This document shows, piece by piece, positions 62,522-64,000 of a stretch of 64,000 nt of DNA; the stretch's first letter is position 1; the number at the start of each line of letters is the position of its first letter. A program made the position numbers and the translations under genes. A model generated the notes under the pieces. That model did not search any database and was not told the DNA's origin. It saw nothing but the letters and a program-made list of their open reading frames with translations. Source of the DNA: Octopus sinensis (lineage: Eukaryota); the NCBI RefSeq assembly GCF_006345805.1, contig NC_043001.1, positions 59,086,001 through 59,150,000 of the forward strand. The letters run 5' to 3'.

Positions 62522-62915
62522 CTTCTATTGTAGGCACAAGGCGTGAAATTTGGGGGTGGGGGTTAAGTCGATTATATCCACCCCTAGTACTCAACTGGTA
62601 CTTAATTTATTGACATTCCCTCCCCCAAAGGATGAAAGGTAAAGTCGACCTCAGCGGAATTTGAACTCAGAACGTAGCGACGGGCGAAATACCTATTTCT
62701 TTACTACCCAGAAGGGGCTAAACATAGAGTGGACAAACAAAGGGTTTAAGTCGATTACATCGACCCCAGTGCGTAACTGGTACTTAAGCTATCGACCCCG
62801 AAAGAATGAAAGACAAAGTCGACCTCGGCGGAATTTGAACTCAGAACGTAGCGGCAGACGAAATACTGCTAAGAATTTCGCCCGGCGTGCTAACGGTTCT
62901 GCCAGCTCGCCGCCT
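62522..62915 (-). mobile_element. Dimeric or nested SINE family B
   Basis: Minus strand: full head and core, alternative tail (TTGTCCACTCTATGTTTAGCCCC..GTAAAGAAATAGG), then a second unit starting at GGTATTTCG with the standard tail. Confidence 0.8.
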
Positions 62916-63844
62916 GGAGACATTATTAATAATGCAACAATGACATTGACATGTCATTTTCACTATATCTCCATCTCCTTCACATCGTCATTCCTTACAC
63001 ATACATATAGTGAATTATTTTCCATATGTGCTTCAACATCATGTTATGGAATCATCAGCCACGAATTCACTATATGCTCCATTCGCCATCCATTCTGTAT
63101 CTGTATTCGCTATTGACAAAACTTCTTTTATTTGCTATTTTAGATTCTCACTAATAAGAAATATGAGTTGAAGTTATTATACTCATTGTCGAAGCAATTA
63201 AAATAAAATGGCTTTAACAAAGTGTTCGATGCACGGTATTACCTTAGCAGTTTTCCTTCTACAATGAAAACCGTTTCACCAAAATCATTGCGAAACAGCT
63301 CTAATTGCTAAAATCAAAAGAGATACTACTCTATTATAAGAATGTAAATTCTTAATTTTATTATGGTAATTATGTGATGAATTTACTCAACCGAAATATT
63401 AGATAATTGGGGTCATCGTGAATATTTTGCAACCTGAATATTATTTTATTGCATGGAATAATCTCTGAATATTTTGAACGCTAAGACTTCTTTTTGATTT
63501 GCTTGTTACATAATTAGATATAATTCCTCAGAAACATTTTAATTTATTACAAGGATATTATGCTCGAGTTAAAAATTATCTATTTACTTTAGTGCGAAAG
63601 AAACAATGTTTATAATTGGACTTCTTCATCTCTAGTTTATTTACTACAACTTCAATTTAAATTGAAATTCAATATTTCAACAAAACACTGAGAAGAAATG
63701 ATTACCCTAAACGAATTAGCGGTATCGTAGTTCACGATGATTCCCGAAGAGTTACCATCGCCAGCAAGAAAGAACGGTTTGAGTTTAAAGCTGATTTATG
63801 TCAGAATATTTTATGCATGTCCATAAGTTACACTACCATAATAA

Positions 63845-64000
63845 GAGGTACAATCAGAAAGTTCAAGCACTAATTCTGCAGCGCCGGCAGAAAGCTGCAG
63901 ACGGTTGTTTGAGAAGTGAAAGGTAGCAGTGGCCTTCATGAATCAGCGTGAAATTTTGCAATAGAATTACGAAGTCGGCTTCAGAGACATTGAGCCTATT
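63845..64000 (+). mobile_element. Possible mariner-like left end running off the window
   Basis: TAAGAGGTACAATCAGAAAGTTCAAGCACT resembles mariner termini; no coding sequence visible within the window. Confidence 0.3.

Overview
AT-rich, microsatellite-saturated animal genomic DNA with no host exon I can support; it is intergenic or intronic. The SINE families and repeat style resemble what I recall of octopus (cephalopod) genomes, which is an inference and not a database result. Most ORF-track entries are microsatellite artefacts. Interpretable content is almost entirely transposon-derived: many tRNA-derived SINEs, remnants of RTE, Hero-like, Tc1/mariner, Tigger, Chapaev3-like and Helitron-like elements, and three foldback elements. 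Two systems stand out. (1) A Tx1/L1-like retroelement family appears to target one exact nucleotide in the tRNA-derived head of a SINE: a 2.26 kb ORF1-only copy at 4475-6737 splits a SINE with a 15 bp target-site duplication, and a diverged relative sits at the same SINE position at 2549. A third, internally deleted relative lies at about 44510-46270. (2) A young ~8 kb Penelope-like (probably Naiad) element at 49775-57737 has 395 bp near-identical direct repeats, a minimal hammerhead ribozyme in each, an RT/GIY-YIG ORF broken only at two A-rich sites, and a ~3.5 kb internal higher-order repeat array. All alignments were done by eye; boundaries marked ~ are approximate.
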